Positions 1 through 13,800 of a stretch of 64,000 bases of DNA are shown here, one piece after another. Origin of the DNA: Balanoglossus misakiensis (Eukaryota > Animalia > Hemichordata); contig CM082594.2 in the NCBI GenBank assembly GCA_040954595.2, positions 4,511,319 to 4,575,318 of the forward strand. Direction: 5' to 3'. The notes beneath the pieces were generated by a model. The model was not told the origin of the DNA and searched no databases. It was given only the letters and a program-made list of their open reading frames with translations. Made by a program: the position numbers and the translations under genes. Numbering within the stretch: position 1 is the first letter of the stretch; every line of letters starts with the position of its first letter.

Positions 1-92
1 GACATAGATATCAGTTAGCAACATTCAGTCGAATGTACACATAATATATTATTAGTATATCCCAGTAATCTACTGTCATTTTTCATTTTTAG

Positions 93-3000
93 ACCTCCAC
101 GTTCCCCATCTACAACATCATCAACATCCAGTCGACCAACAACTGGTAGGAAGTCCGCCGCCAAGGTGCGTTTCACAATTGTTTTTTTTTTAGCAGAAAG
201 ATATTTTGAGATTATTTATGGCCTTACAACAGTCAGTCAAGACACTGACAGTGGAAAAAGTCAATCAGTTATGATATTACTTTGGTGTATGGTTCACTTT
301 TCGTGTCACTCGTGTCTTACTAAACAATGTTGAGTCACCACTTGTAGTAGCTCAAGTTACTTTCAAGTTTCATGATGTAATTCCTATTATATTATACCAG
401 TATATTGACGGTGTAAATCACGCTATTTGATTGGTCGAGACACGACACGTGACCGTGATATATTAGCCATATACCACAGTCATATATCATAGTCAAAGAA
501 AATGCCTTTTTAAAATGTTTTATGCAAAGTTTCAACATACTGGCATAATATAATAGCAATAAAACACCCCAGCCATGGTATACCACTCGATTTTGACCAG
601 TTCAACTCCATATACGCACTCGCTATCGCTTGTGCGTATATGTCGTGAACTGGTCAAAATCTCGTGGTATACCATGGCTGGGGGTGTTTTATTGCTTAAA
701 TATTTGCCAGAATTAGTATTCATATATTATGTAAATGAAACGGCCACTCAAACAATTCAGAATTACCAGCACTCTGCAAAATAATCAAAATGAAAATATC
801 GAAAAATAATATAAAAAACAGTAACTATCGTAATTTTGTTTGACTACAACAACAGCTATCAAGGGAAACAACCAGTCTTGAAGTTCTCCCTCCGGAAAGT
901 AAGTTTTACCTCTATTTTTTACTCTTTCACTACAAGCGCAATTTTAATTTGGAATATTCCAAGTTTCATTGTGTGTGTAGTTCAGTTGGTTTTGGGTTTC
1001 CATCAGCTTTCAATAACCTGGGCATAAGTTGGCTTTGGATGTACAGTTTGAATCTGGAGTACATAAGAAGAGTTCACTGGATTATAAAGCATGACCCTTT
1101 ATGTCACCTTAACTTTTTGCATCTACATGTACCTTCCCTTAGGACATGAATGAATAGAATTTTAAGGCATTGTCTGCTTGCTAAAGGATTCTTGTTCATG
1201 TAAGGGTGACTGAAATCTTTTGTGTAGATTCATGTCGGGTCATGTTGTTGCAGCGAACAGACTAGACATCACAATACAATGTACCTTGCCGTGCAGCATA
1301 GTGTCGCCACCATGTTTTATTATGTTGTGCTGACAACTGGTGTCTGTTGGGAGTTTGCGCCAATCAATTCTGCTTCAGTCAGTATTTAATTGCCTGAGGG
1401 GAACACAGTGATTTACCCAGTGCTCATCTTGTCACCGAACACATCTGCACCAATTGGCTCACTCGCATGTCTTTAGCACTGTCACATGACTTCTTCAGCA
1501 TCCATTTTTCGTAGAATAAATTTTGCACGGTGACTGCAATTTTTATTCCAGTGTTCTCCCCAGGAGAATTAAGTTCTATTTTCTTCTCAAAATTAAAGAG
1601 TAGTTGCCACTACGCTTTAATTGCTCTGGGGAGAACACTGTATAAGACAGATTAATTTAAGTTGTGTTGAGCTAAATTTGAGAAAAGTTGTACTACCTCA
1701 ATCAAGAAAATCAGTTGGTATCCTTATCCACTTGTTAATGTTTTCATTTTGGCAACTCCCCCTTGATCAACAGATGAAGAGAAGAAGAAAAAGCCACCGA
1801 AACTGCAGCAGCAGCCCAGCAGCCGATCGTCCAGTCTAGACTCGGGCAGCAAGGCGAAATCAGGCGGTTCCAGGTCCGTCTCCCGCAGCAGCGACAAAGC
1901 CACAGCAGCCGAGACGGAGGCAATAGAACGGTGCAATAGTACGGGGAGCATTGACGAGAACTCCCGGCCACCAACCAGACAGATAATACTGCCAACGGTC
2001 AAGAGGAATTTCGAACAGTAAGTCTACGTGTAGTGAGCATCCTACTCTTGTGTCTATCTCAGTGCCATGTGTGGATGTACATATGTGTAGCTGACCATAT
2101 ACTGAACATGTTGGGGAATGTTTGGATGTACATGTTTTTTTTTTTGTATTTATAAACTTTTTATTCGAGTCGTGAAAATGAAAGATTGGATGTACGTGTT
2201 TGTGTACTGGTATGACAGGGATAAAACATATCTACAGGCATTTAGAATCTGACTTCATTGTTAAAACAGAACAAGAGGAAAGTTTAGTATCCCAACCATC
2301 ACAATGAATCAGAGCAAAGGGATACTTGGTATTGATGGCAGAAGGGGCGTACATATATAAACCCTTTCACCCCCAGTTCTCTCTTAAGAGGTATAACCTT
2401 ACCATAGAAAACAGTGGATTTGGACTGAACCATGGTGGTGAAAGGGTTAACCTCAAGCTTGTTTCTTTGTCTGTTCAGCACAACTGGAATTTGGTTTCCA
2501 AACTTCTCTCTGTTCCACCACTTTTCCTCTTGTCTGGTCGCTGTGAATTTTTTTAAATTTTCATCATCTTGCAATTTTCAGACATGGAATGCCCCGAGAC
2601 GAGGCTTTGGCACAGTCCCTGATTTCTCCGTCCCGATCGTCCAATTACGAAGACTTCAACGGAATTCTCGGTTCCTACGACACTCCGTCGTCATCGGTCA
2701 ATGGCTCCGGGAAAACTCCGAAGAAGGAAAATGTGGTCAAACAGAGCAGTAAGGCCACGGAGCGATCGCAATCGGAAGACGGAAACAGGAAAATAGAAGC
2801 AGACGTCATCAATGCAAGACCGCCGAGTCGCAGTGAGTAATTTCTCTTTAATGAATTTCACTGAAGAGAAGACAGAAAAAAGAGTCATGTTATAATGCCA
2901 CGTTGTATATGATCGTTCAGCTTGGTAAAATGATCGCATTGATGTTTTGCCAGAAAACAAGATGGTTGTTCAGACACTGTTTTCATCGTCAACTACATGG

Positions 3001-6000
3001 TCACAGTATTGTGAATCTTGTATTGCAGGTAAAAATACCAGAAAGGAAAGACCAAAAGAAACTGTTGCATCCTCAACTACCGAAGTTGACTCGTACTATC
3101 TGATTCATGAGACAAAACAAAACCAAGGTATATATTTTACTAATTTTCAGGGACGGTTGGTATTATATCACACACCAGATTTTAAAAATATCTGATGAGA
3201 TGAGTTCAAAATTACTTATTGTTGTTGTTGTTATCTTCTCAAAGAATGATGTAAAAGACACATCCCAAGTTTATCAATTTGAGGAATTACAGAAATCATA
3301 GAAGTCATACTGGGTACTAGACTTGTAACCTTTCTTCCACCAAAATGTGAAACTAGTGGTCAACACAGCAAGATGAGTGTTTTCAAACAAGGACATTGAA
3401 TTCAAATTGGTAAATTTATCTTTTTTAGAGAAAAGAAATGAAAGGGAAAAAGAGAAAGAGAAAGAAAAGAAGAAATCGGCTAACGAGAGAGCAAGCTCTG
3501 CTACAACAGGTAAGAATTGTCCACACAAAATATACTGTAAAACACTTTATTTTCGCGAGTTGAAATTTTCGCGATATCGAGAGAGGCCACTGTTTCGTGA
3601 GTATTAATTTTCGCGTTCTCTTATTTCATTCACTGCATCGTTATCTTCAAAAAAAATTTACGCGACTTTTTATTTTCATGCTATTTTGGCTCTCGCGTAT
3701 TTGGCGAAAATTTATTGCTCGCGAAAATAAAGTGTTTTACAGTATATAATGTACTGATAACGAAGGAAAGTGTCTGTCTTTATCCAAGAATTGTATTTTC
3801 TCAGCTGAAGGCAGAACTTTGCTTTTTCGCACTTTTATCAACAGTACTATTCTAGCAAACTGCAAGACAGGCGTGAGCTCTGAGTGGTGTTGTGTGTTGA
3901 CGTCTTAGCTTCTTAAATTGCTGTAGTCAGTTCCGAGTGCAACTCCAATATGAATATCACTGAGTGTATTTCTGTGTTCACAGACAAATCGAGGCGGAAA
4001 GGCGCGGAAAAGAAAGAGAAATCTGGCTCAACAAGGGGGACAACTGAGGAGGTAGACTCGTACTACTTGACTCACGCATCACAAGAGAAAGGGAAACGAA
4101 ACGAGAAATCAGGCACAACAACGGAAGAGGTGGACTCCTATTTCCTGACTCACAAATCGCGTGATGATGGAAGAGATGATATTAATGATGAAGGGAGCAC
4201 CGCGAACACCTCCAGGGATGACAGGGGAGAAGGAAGCAAACAGCGTCAGAGGAAAGATGCTTCGTCGAAAGTCGACTGTAAAGAAAACCACTCGCTTCCA
4301 GGTATGAGAGCAAGTTGTAATCGGATGCATATGTCATTAATCGACATAAAAAATTTCCTCAAAAAGCTGGGTTTTAGCAACCAAAAATAGTAGTAATCTT
4401 CTGTTTAAATGCAAATTGAAATCCCGGCCTCTGGAAGCAGTGTAATGTGACTGAGTCAAGCGATGATTAAAATTTAAAAAAGAGGTTCCATGATCAATTT
4501 GTGATGAACTTTTCGAACCATATCACATGACTGCAAGCAACAACATGATATCAATCTCAGTTTTGAGAATTGATTTCTTTTATTTCTGTCTTGCTTCAGA
4601 GTCATATTAGCAGTATCGTCACAAGAACACACCTGAAACAGAACAATTAAAAGAAACATGATTTCTAAAATTAGAATAAAACTAAATGTCATGACTTTGC
4701 TCCATCCTATCACAGACACAGCACTTGTTGCTACGGACGCGGGGGCCATTCCCAAGAGGAAAGATGAGACTCCAGAAGCCGGTGATGGGAAAGCGGGTGA
4801 TGGAGAAGGAAGCGAGAGCAGCAGTGATGAAGAGACGTCATCTTCTGATGAGGAGGAGGAGGAGGAGAGGCGGGCTCCGATTGAATTACTTGGAGAGGTA
4901 ATGAGACAAGACATTTCTGTCAAAACAGTGGAGATCTGATCAGATACTGGAATAAACTCCCCCCCCCCCCACCGTGGGACATGTCAATATTTTGTTGACC
5001 ATGAAATTAAATTTCAATCCCTCAACAACTTGAAATTTAGCAGAAAACATTATTTGAAAACTTGGGAGGGCGATACCACAGTTGCTGTGTCTCATAACAA
5101 GAAATAAATTGGTGTATTTTGGAATTGTTTATGAAATTTACATAGAATGCAAAGGCAGGAGTCTGTGCATGAAATGTATCACACAAGACTTGCCACACAT
5201 GTGACTGGTATAGTTTGGTGCAGGTAGTGGATGAGTCTACCCACGTTATTTCTGTTTCCTAATAATGAGGGTACTTTTTATTTTTCATTCATGAAATGAC
5301 TAACACTTACGCCTTCATACAACACACGTACAAACATAGCTTTGGAACTAAAGAGGGTATAAAAATTTTCATGCTTACAGTCTTACGCTATGCTGATTGA
5401 AATATGGATTCTTTTTATAATCATGTAAACTACGTAAGTGGTCATTATGCGCAATTAAGGCCACCCACCCCCCACTCAACTCACCAATCAGACAATGCCC
5501 CCTGTTTTCTCGATTTGTGATGGTAGCGAATGCAGCCACGAACAGATGGTTTGAACAGATGGTATGTCTCACCTGACTCAACCAACCCACCCCCAATGGT
5601 ATTTCCGCCATCACTACCTGGCAAAATAAATATTCATGAGTGAAAGCTCAAAACTGTGTATCGCCACGTGGTGGAGATTAGATACTAGTGCACTCTCCTC
5701 TCATCTTCTCCCTCGTCAACGTCAGTGGTTGTTCCGAAGATGAAGCTCACATGCATAATGCTGTTTTGTCTTTCTTTCCAGTTTATCGAGTGTGTGATGG
5801 AGGAAGACTGGGAGGTTGCCCTGAAGCTCTGCCAAATGAGTGAGTCCAATATTTCTGATTTCAGGGTCTTTGGATACTTTTTTTAACGATATACAAGAAT
5901 TATTGCATGTATATATTTACATCCTTAATGCCTTATGTGAACCTGCATGGTTGCTCGTTATGATTTTTGCTGTGGATGGGACATCACCATTTTATGCTTT

Positions 6001-6193
6001 CCGTAAGAATGTCTTTGTCAGGAAAGTAAACTGTTGATGCAGAGCAAATACAACAGACATATGGTGTACTGTGGTTATTTTCAGATGTGGGTATAGTGTT
6101 AAGTTTCAGATTAGCAAAATATGGATAATACTCTGTCAAGACTATAACCCTTACCCTGGTGTGAATTGCTCATTGAAATCTGTCTGTCCGTCT

Positions 6194-6273
<80 letters not shown>

Positions 6274-7336
6274 GACCGACCATATCATCATGCAAAAATA
6301 ATGCTAAGTTTATTTTACTGATTTTTGTTTCTTGATTTCTATTTTCATTCTCACAGTTCAGTTGTATGAACCAGACAATCCTGAGTGTAAGGAGTTCAAA
6401 CCCCTTATTGAAGAAATGCTCAAACGAGGTACGGTAACAGTCAGTTCAAATATTTTCATGATTTGTTCCCCGCACATTCAGTGTTGTAGTACTTACTATA
6501 TGAAAAATTATTACTTTACGTAAGAGTTGGTCAGAATTTATAAGTAATGTTGTTGTGTTGTTAAATAAATATGTCCATATGTGGATGATGAGGGTTGAAC
6601 GTATGTTATGTTTTGCATTCAGTCACTTTACATAGTCATTACGTTGATTGTTTGCCACTGATCACTTTTCATGTTTGTCCCCGTGTTTGACTTGCCTCAA
6701 ACAGAGCGAGAAGAGCAGCTTTGGGGAACAGATGATGATGATGACGACGAAGATGAAGAAGACGATGATGATGAAGATGATAGTGATGAGGATTCAAGGT
6801 GTGTATCTGAGATACAAATTACTTCTCTTGATCTAAGACCTGATGTAGCCAAGAGAAACAGAGACAATTTTGAGGTTGTTCACATTCCCAAGGGGAGAGA
6901 TAGTCATTATTCCTTTACACAGACATATAATATCTAGGCAATGTATGTTTTTTTTCACTCAGTGTTTCATCTAGACGGGGGGATGGGGGGGGGGGATTCA
7001 CCCCCCCCCCCCCAGTTGACATGTTGGCACCCCCGCTTTTTGTGCATCATTCCAAAATTGACACACACACACAGTCAGCCAATACAGGTGTTAGTAATTA
7101 ACATGCAATGTGTAACAGTCCATTTCATTGGTTGATATCAATCTTTCAGTTCATCAAGCAGCAGTGAAGAAGAAGACGATGATGATGATGAGGAGGAGGA
7201 GGAGGAGGAGGATGAAGACAAAAAAGAGGAGGAAGATGAGACAACAACGGGTGAAGCAAGCGAAGAGAAAGACGAACCGGCAACTGAGGAACCGACCAAA
7301 GAAACTAAATTCGAACCTACGTACATGACACAGTAA
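93..7336 (+). CDS. ERICH2: Glutamate-rich protein 2-like (ERICH2), 5'-incomplete, multi-exon
   Basis: Phase-consistent GT-AG exons: 93-165, 856-898, 1774-2017, 2582-2832, 3029-3127, 3429-3509, 3984-4301, 4716-4897, 5782-5839, 6357-6428, 6705-6798, 7150-7336 (TAA). The spliced core RAPIELLGE|FIECVMEEDWEVALKLCQM|IQLYEPDNPECKEFKPLIEEML matches, from recall, the ERICH2 core (RAPLELMAEFL...AKKLCQMILIYEPENPEAKEFF.LIEEML) and is followed by a D/E-rich tail. The upstream low-complexity exons are less certain. The start codon lies outside the window. Confidence 0.8.
555..696. repeat. Palindromic (hairpin) non-autonomous repeat
   Basis: Left arm agcaataaaacaccccagccatggtataccactcgattttgaccagttca is almost exactly the reverse complement of the right arm tgaactggtcaaaatctcgtggtataccatggctgggggtgttttattgct. 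The centre is tcgctatcgct. Confidence 0.75.
2362..2446. mobile_element. Short piggyBac-like MITE (related copies at ~10265-10350 and 46670-46763)
   Basis: Termini are ccctttc...gaaaggg with TTAA on the right and taaa on the left. The internal motif tggactgaaccatggtggtgaaaggg is shared, with a few mismatches, by three loci in the window. Confidence 0.55.
3535..3742. mobile_element. Tc1/mariner-like MITE, copy 1
   Basis: TIR ctgtaaaacactttattttcgcgag...cgcgaaaataaagtgttttacag flanked by TA on both sides. A near-identical copy lies at 44194-44403. Confidence 0.8.
6181..6273. repeat. Compound (CCTG)n(TCTG)n microsatellite
   Basis: Directly visible tetranucleotide runs in an ERICH2 intron. Confidence 0.9.
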
Positions 7337-9545
7337 AAGAACACAATAATCTTTGTATTTTTTACCGTAAATGAAGATGCAAACTGTACAATTCCTAAGA
7401 TTTTTTTTTATAAAAAATATATTTATAACAAAAACTGTGTATTCCAATTAAACGAAACCTGTCCGTTTATCACTGTTTAATTTTTAGGACTATTCCTGTT
7501 TTTTGCTGAAAAAAAACTGCATTCCGTCCGCCTGGTCAGTGTTCTTTACATTCCAGTTGTGATTTTATAAATCCAGCCATTCCATTAAACTGTTCCCAAT
7601 ATTTCCAAAATGTTATCCATATGATAAACGAGGATTAGTACTGGATGTTTGTCTACATCACATGAAATGGCCACCAGCTGGCTGCATTCTGTGTGGATTT
7701 TGTGATTATTTTTCGAGTGTTATTGTTTAAGAGTGTTGTATTATTTATGTCGAAATATGACTTTTGCTTTCCAATACAATTGATGATGCGTATATGTTTG
7801 AAAGGAACTGTACACTTGGGTTCTGGTATTATCTAGGTGTTATAGCGCCCTCAGCTCAATGCGGTTTTCTTTTGTTTTTATGGGATATGTGGTTGGCAGC
7901 CTTTCATTCGACAAGCTGTTTCGATTTGCGTCTCAAGTGTGAAATAAAAAAATAAATATTAAGGTTTTTAATTTTTATCTAATCCTTCGCAGAAGAGACT
8001 TTATAGATGTAAATGCATTTATCAAGTGAGTGTTCTATGATGTGACATAGAACAGTGAGAATTTTTTTCATTCAAGATGTATGGACCTTGTCAACAAAAT
8101 GAATTACTTCAAGTTCCATAAATGTAAGAATACATAAGAGCTTGTAATTATATGCAGAACTTAAGAGAAAGATCATTATTGAAATAAAAAACGTGTCATA
8201 TTTTATTTTTGTCTTTCTGTATCACATGCTGGAGTGAAAGTGGGCAACTGATCTTGCCAGTGTAGCAAAACTCTGTTCCAATGCAATGCAATGGTAAATG
8301 TCATGAAGATTTCCCTGATTTTGACTAGAAATCCCTGGCAGTGGGCTTATATTTTGGAGCTTATATGGATTACTACAGTGGCCAATAATCTTGGGAGATG
8401 TTGACAATACATGTATACCAGCACTCCAACAAACTGAAAGCTGGGTGAATATTGTTGATATGTCATATAATATTATAGATTTACAACAACATCTTAAGTT
8501 CACTTGGAGAAAAAATCCTGTGTACTTTGCTCATTTGTCTTGAAGAAACTCAGACATTTTATCATTAGCCTAGATCCACTCTTGGGATGATCATGATGAA
8601 CCATTGGGTATCAACAAGTGATTGGTGATGAATTTTCTAGATGGATTATGTGGAAACACTTGGGGGGCCTTGTGTGCCCCATTCATCATAACTTATATGA
8701 CAGAAATAGCATATGATTTGCAAACAGCTGGTAAAAAATATGTCAATTTGTTGTCTTTCATAACTTAAATTTGTGATCCATGATATTGTATTAACTTAAG
8801 TATCCCCCCCCCCCCGATCTTTAAGAAAAATCCCCCTCCCAATATCAAACGGCCCATCCCTTACTCCTTACGTAAATATAGAATGAATGGATATGCTAAT
8901 GAGGTCACAGTTCACACAGCTGATCGAGTAGTGGAATATTCCGACGCCGACCATGAGCAATATTGCATTACAAAAGACTTTGCAGTTGTCGAGGGTAGTA
9001 CATTCTGGAACACAACACGCACGTAACCTGTCGCAGTTTGTACACCACGGAAAATCGTTGAAATTCGGTACGTATCAGTCTTTTTGTGCTTTCTTCGCTA
9101 ACCGCTTGACGGTGTTCTAACATTCGGCCATTTAAATTCGCTGTCTTATTGAAGTTGTCACTCATTCTGTCGTAAGTGTCGAGATAGCTATCCGATCGTG
9201 CCTGGTAAGTCAAATGTCGTTGGGTTTTTTTGCGTATGATAGGAACTGGGAAAGTTGCTAAAAAACGCGGCCGTGACATTTACAAAGACACATCGGTGGC
9301 TATTTGTTTCAGTGTTTTTATGCCGAATGTAAACAGTGTATTACTATTTAGGTGAAAAAAAAAATAATTGTCGTTGTGGCCGGGCCGCAGCCTAGCCAGG
9401 CACGATTTCGCAAGCCGGTTACGTACCACCACGCCACACATTTTACTGATAGATCGCACGATAAAAGAGCGATAACCCTGGGTACCTCTGTCCGAGGTCA
9501 ACGTGACCGTGTCTATCGAAAACGTCAACAAAAGTCGGGTCAGTA

Positions 9546-9842
9546 CCCAGGGGGGGGGGGTACTCCCATAGGCAGATTACGTGCCACCTTTGCACTGAAA
9601 ACAACACCTAAACATCAGTCGAATTTTCATCAGAAAAACAACAACTAAACATTGGTCGATAATATATGATTTTTGGCCAATGCTTTTAACAGAACAACGA
9701 CATATGACCTAAAGATATTCCACTTTTTGACTAAAAAACCCTAACAGTGGCCATTTTTGAAATATACATGGGTTGATGTTTTAAACTTAGGTTGCACACC
9801 CCCGTGTAAAAAAGTGGGAGTCCCCCCCCCCCCCCCCCCCCG
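9546..9842. mobile_element. Degenerate TIR element with G/C-run termini
   Basis: ccca(g)11tactcccata at the left end versus gtgggagt(c)n at the right end. No target-site duplication confirmed. Confidence 0.35.
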
Positions 9843-10800
9843 TCACTTTACAAATAGATGTGACCCTGACCTCTCACTAGGGTCAGTCACCAAAAACTTT
9901 TTCTTTCTCTCAGTCTCAAACTATTGGTAGAGTAGACTTTTTCGTTTTGAATAATACAAAAATTACCATATTACCAAGTGCAGATTTGAAGTTCACCATT
10001 CAAGTTGAACTCTGAGCCCCCATCAAACAAAGTTTTTTTATTTCTACAAAAAACCCCTGAAATGTCAGACCCCTGACTTGGTTTGGTGGCCTGTCAATTG
10101 GACAAACACGGGGGACATGTGACAATCAGTTTAAAAGCTATGTGTACATAGCTTTTGTGAGAATGAGATAACGGATATCTAAATGTTAAAAACGTGATTT
10201 GCTGACAAGGAATATGAAGGAAACTGTGTGGTATGTGAAAAACAGAAGAAAAAAATTCAGTTAACCTCCCCCTTTAGAGAACTTTTTTTACCATGTAGAC
10301 TAGAAAACGGTGGATATCATTTGGACCAAACCATGGTGGTGAAAAAGGGGGTCGTCGTATGAAAAAAAAGTTGCTTATTCTTGCTGGCGTACATGTAGCT
10401 CTTGTCTACATCCATACATCTTGTAGACAACACAAATTCCCCTGACGGTTAGCCCTAGGGAAATTTATTGCAAGTACTCTGGGCAAAAATGATTGTAATT
10501 AATTCATGCATCACTAAGGAGTCATTCTGGTAAAAGAAAAGTCCCTTGACTTTTTATGTTATTGTCTCACAAGATTTGCAAGGGAAATTCATGGAAGTAC
10601 TCCAGGCAAAATGATCGTTCTTAATTCATACTAATTGTTCATAAAGTGATTAAAAAACATGATAACCTGAGTACAATACTGGTGATTTTTTTTTTTGAGG
10701 CAATAGGTACAAAGAGTTATAATTTGTTCATACATTTTAATTGTTGTATGTATTTCATTTTATCTTTGCAGGCTACTTTTTACCAGGGACGAGCAGAATC

Positions 10801-13800
10801 ATGTCTACAGAAATAAAGAAATTCAAATCAACAGGGTTTGGTAAGTACACAGTTAGTCATTGTCACGGCTAGTTTTCGAGCGTACATGTATTTACGTTTT
10901 CCGAAAGTCTGGAGAGGTGTGTGTGCATTCCCCCCTGAATCAAGTTGGTAATTTGTTTTAGTTAGTGGTAGATCTAAACATAGAATCTCATTTGTCAAAG
11001 GTGGATGATTTAGATGCTGTTTACTTAAAGTACAAGTTTTTGAAAGGAAATTCCCAAAGCGGTCGGGACAAAGTGCTGTTAGCCATGTGTTGCATGCTGC
11101 ATACTGATTGGCACAGCACAACTGCCCGGATAGCAGGCCAGGTCACTGATTGGCCACGTACTTTGGTCACCGGCTTAGGGAGGCTTACAGAAAGTGTCCC
11201 CAGACTGCTCATAAACACTCACTTGATAGTCGATGTCCTGATATTAGCCCTGTGCGTGAAATCCGATCAGAGAAGTTTCTGAAATAGAGAGCGTAGAGTT
11301 CCTCCAGGAAACGGGACGTGCAAAGCAGGATGACGGCTCAACAGACTGGTGAGCGTAAATGCTTGAATAGGTTTCACAGTCCACTTTCAATTCTGCCTGA
11401 TTGCTTTTCCAGCGATGTGGTGAAATTTCATTTTATGCTATCATACATTGGGACAATATTTACACATGTTAGACCCACTTAATTCTGTAGTCAGGAGATG
11501 GTTTACGGAGGTACTTTTTAATTTCAAACAAGTCTTCTGACAAAAATAGTGTTGTTTTGAAGTTCATGAGCAATTTGTTTTGTCCAGTGAAAATGGTGAT
11601 ACATGTATAATAGCTACTGTTTGTGTATACAACTTGTTTTGTTATGTCATTGGAATATGTACATGACTTTGCTTGTATGATTGAAAGAAGTCCTTCTGAA
11701 TTTAAATATTGCATTGTCTGTCAAATCTTTGTTGAATCTACATGTAATATGAACAAAACCTTGACAAAAATGCTCTTTATATTTTATCAATGGTGGAATG
11801 TTTACGCATATCAATAGGCTTGGGGATCCATACAGTGTACTGTCATTGTTATGAGTACGGTAGTCGGTGATTCTTTCAGAAGTTCAATAGAAGCAGGACA
11901 TGATACAACATTGCGTAACAGCATGTCCAGTGCCAATATGACACCACTGATACACATTAAAAACAGTTCTCCACAAGGCAGAAAGTTCGTTCTTATTTTC
12001 TACTAATGAATCACACTGACCTTTCAGAAAATCATGTTTGCTGAATGACAAACTGCTATGTGTCGGTTTCAATGTATATTCCAGCACTATAAATGCTAAA
12101 TTTGATTTTTTTTCTGAAAAAAGCAAGAACAAAGTAAATAGGTACAAGTCACTCAAACTTGTACAAAACTGATAAAGTTGATGCTAGCAAAATATAAACT
12201 GGTATTCTTTCTATGTTCTTCTTTCCCCATCTACCTGCAGGTCATGTTAAGACGAGTGCCAAAAGTGAGATTGTTGATGATTTCGATCTGCACCAAATCG
12301 ACATGCAAGAGTTGACCGTTGATCAAAAATTCGTTCAAGACGCCGTAGACATCATATTCAAAGAGGGCGTGGTCAAAGCTCGTGATAGAAGGCGAAAAGG
12401 TAAGTTGACCGGACGATTATGGAGCTCCTTTTTTTTGCACTGCATCTTGAAAGAAAAGACAGAAAAAAGAAAGAAATGACACGTCTGGACTTTTTCGAAC
12501 TTCTACCTCACAAGTCATTGACCTTTGGATCTACATTTGCATAACGCCTTGTATATTATTTAGAGAAGGTCTGCATTTTATGCACCCAGAGCATGATTCC
12601 TTGTTGGATGTGATTAGGGCTAACCTTTATATGAACTCATGTGAATGGGTGTGTTTAGGGTTTGACCTGTACCACAGGTCAAAAAAGGGTCATCAGATTT
12701 CAAGTAGAACGTGTCCAAGTCTCACACAGTGGTGATACCAATAGTAGTTGAGAGTACGCATTTCCACAGGCAAATTGCCTGTGCAGTCCAACCTATCACC
12801 TGCACATTTTGGTTCGGCCCCACTGTTATCAGCGGAGGGGTTGAATTCATGTACAGGGAAATGGGTAGGTCTGACCACTGGCTGTGGAGCCAATTGTTGA
12901 ATGGACACTGTGATCTGCACCCAATGCTTTCAAGGTTATCATGGATCTATATTATGTAATATGCTAATGAGCAGAACACATATACCCTCTGTGGGCCATC
13001 TCATGAATATTCTCATAATTTCATTATCAATATACATGTAGTAGGTTACTGGTAACACGTTTTTTCAGGAAATGACCTCTGATTAAATACAACAGGTGAA
13101 TCATTCTAATGAATGTTATGAGAGTGTGATCCATTGTTTGAATTTGACCATTGTTTTCAACATTGATTACAGTCATCGAATACCACGAACCTGAAGACCT
13201 GAAAGAACTCTTCGATTTCAAAATAAAAGATGAAGGCTCAGATTCGGATACGTTACTACAGCTTCTGCGAGACACATTCAAGTACAGTGTCCTTCCAGGT
13301 ACATATTCAATCAGCTATTTAATTAATGGGACAAAGTCTCTCTCTCGCTGCCCCTTTTCCCATTAATTATGTTTGATACAAAACATTAATGCGAATGTAT
13401 AGAGAATCAACATTCAACAAAACACAACTTCTATCCCGTTTGTAGGATATAAGAGCAAAATTCCCACCAAAATGAATAAATGGTAAACACCAATTATTCA
13501 TTTTGGCGAGTTTTTCACTCTCGTGTCTGCAAGTTGGATGGAAGTTGTGTGTGGTAATGTTGATTCACTATATATCCACATGTAGAATAATATAAACGGT
13601 GTCTGGTATCAAATATAATTGGTGTAAAAAGGGCAACGAGAGAGAGACTTTGTCCCTTTAAAGGGGGAATGTCGTCCGAACTGCACGTGTGTGACTTTAC
13701 TGTTTATAAATTACGCACCAACAACATTGGTCTCATTGTTCTGGGAGACAAGCCTACCAATATATGTTTTATCTAAGTAACTTGGAAATGTGATTAAAAG

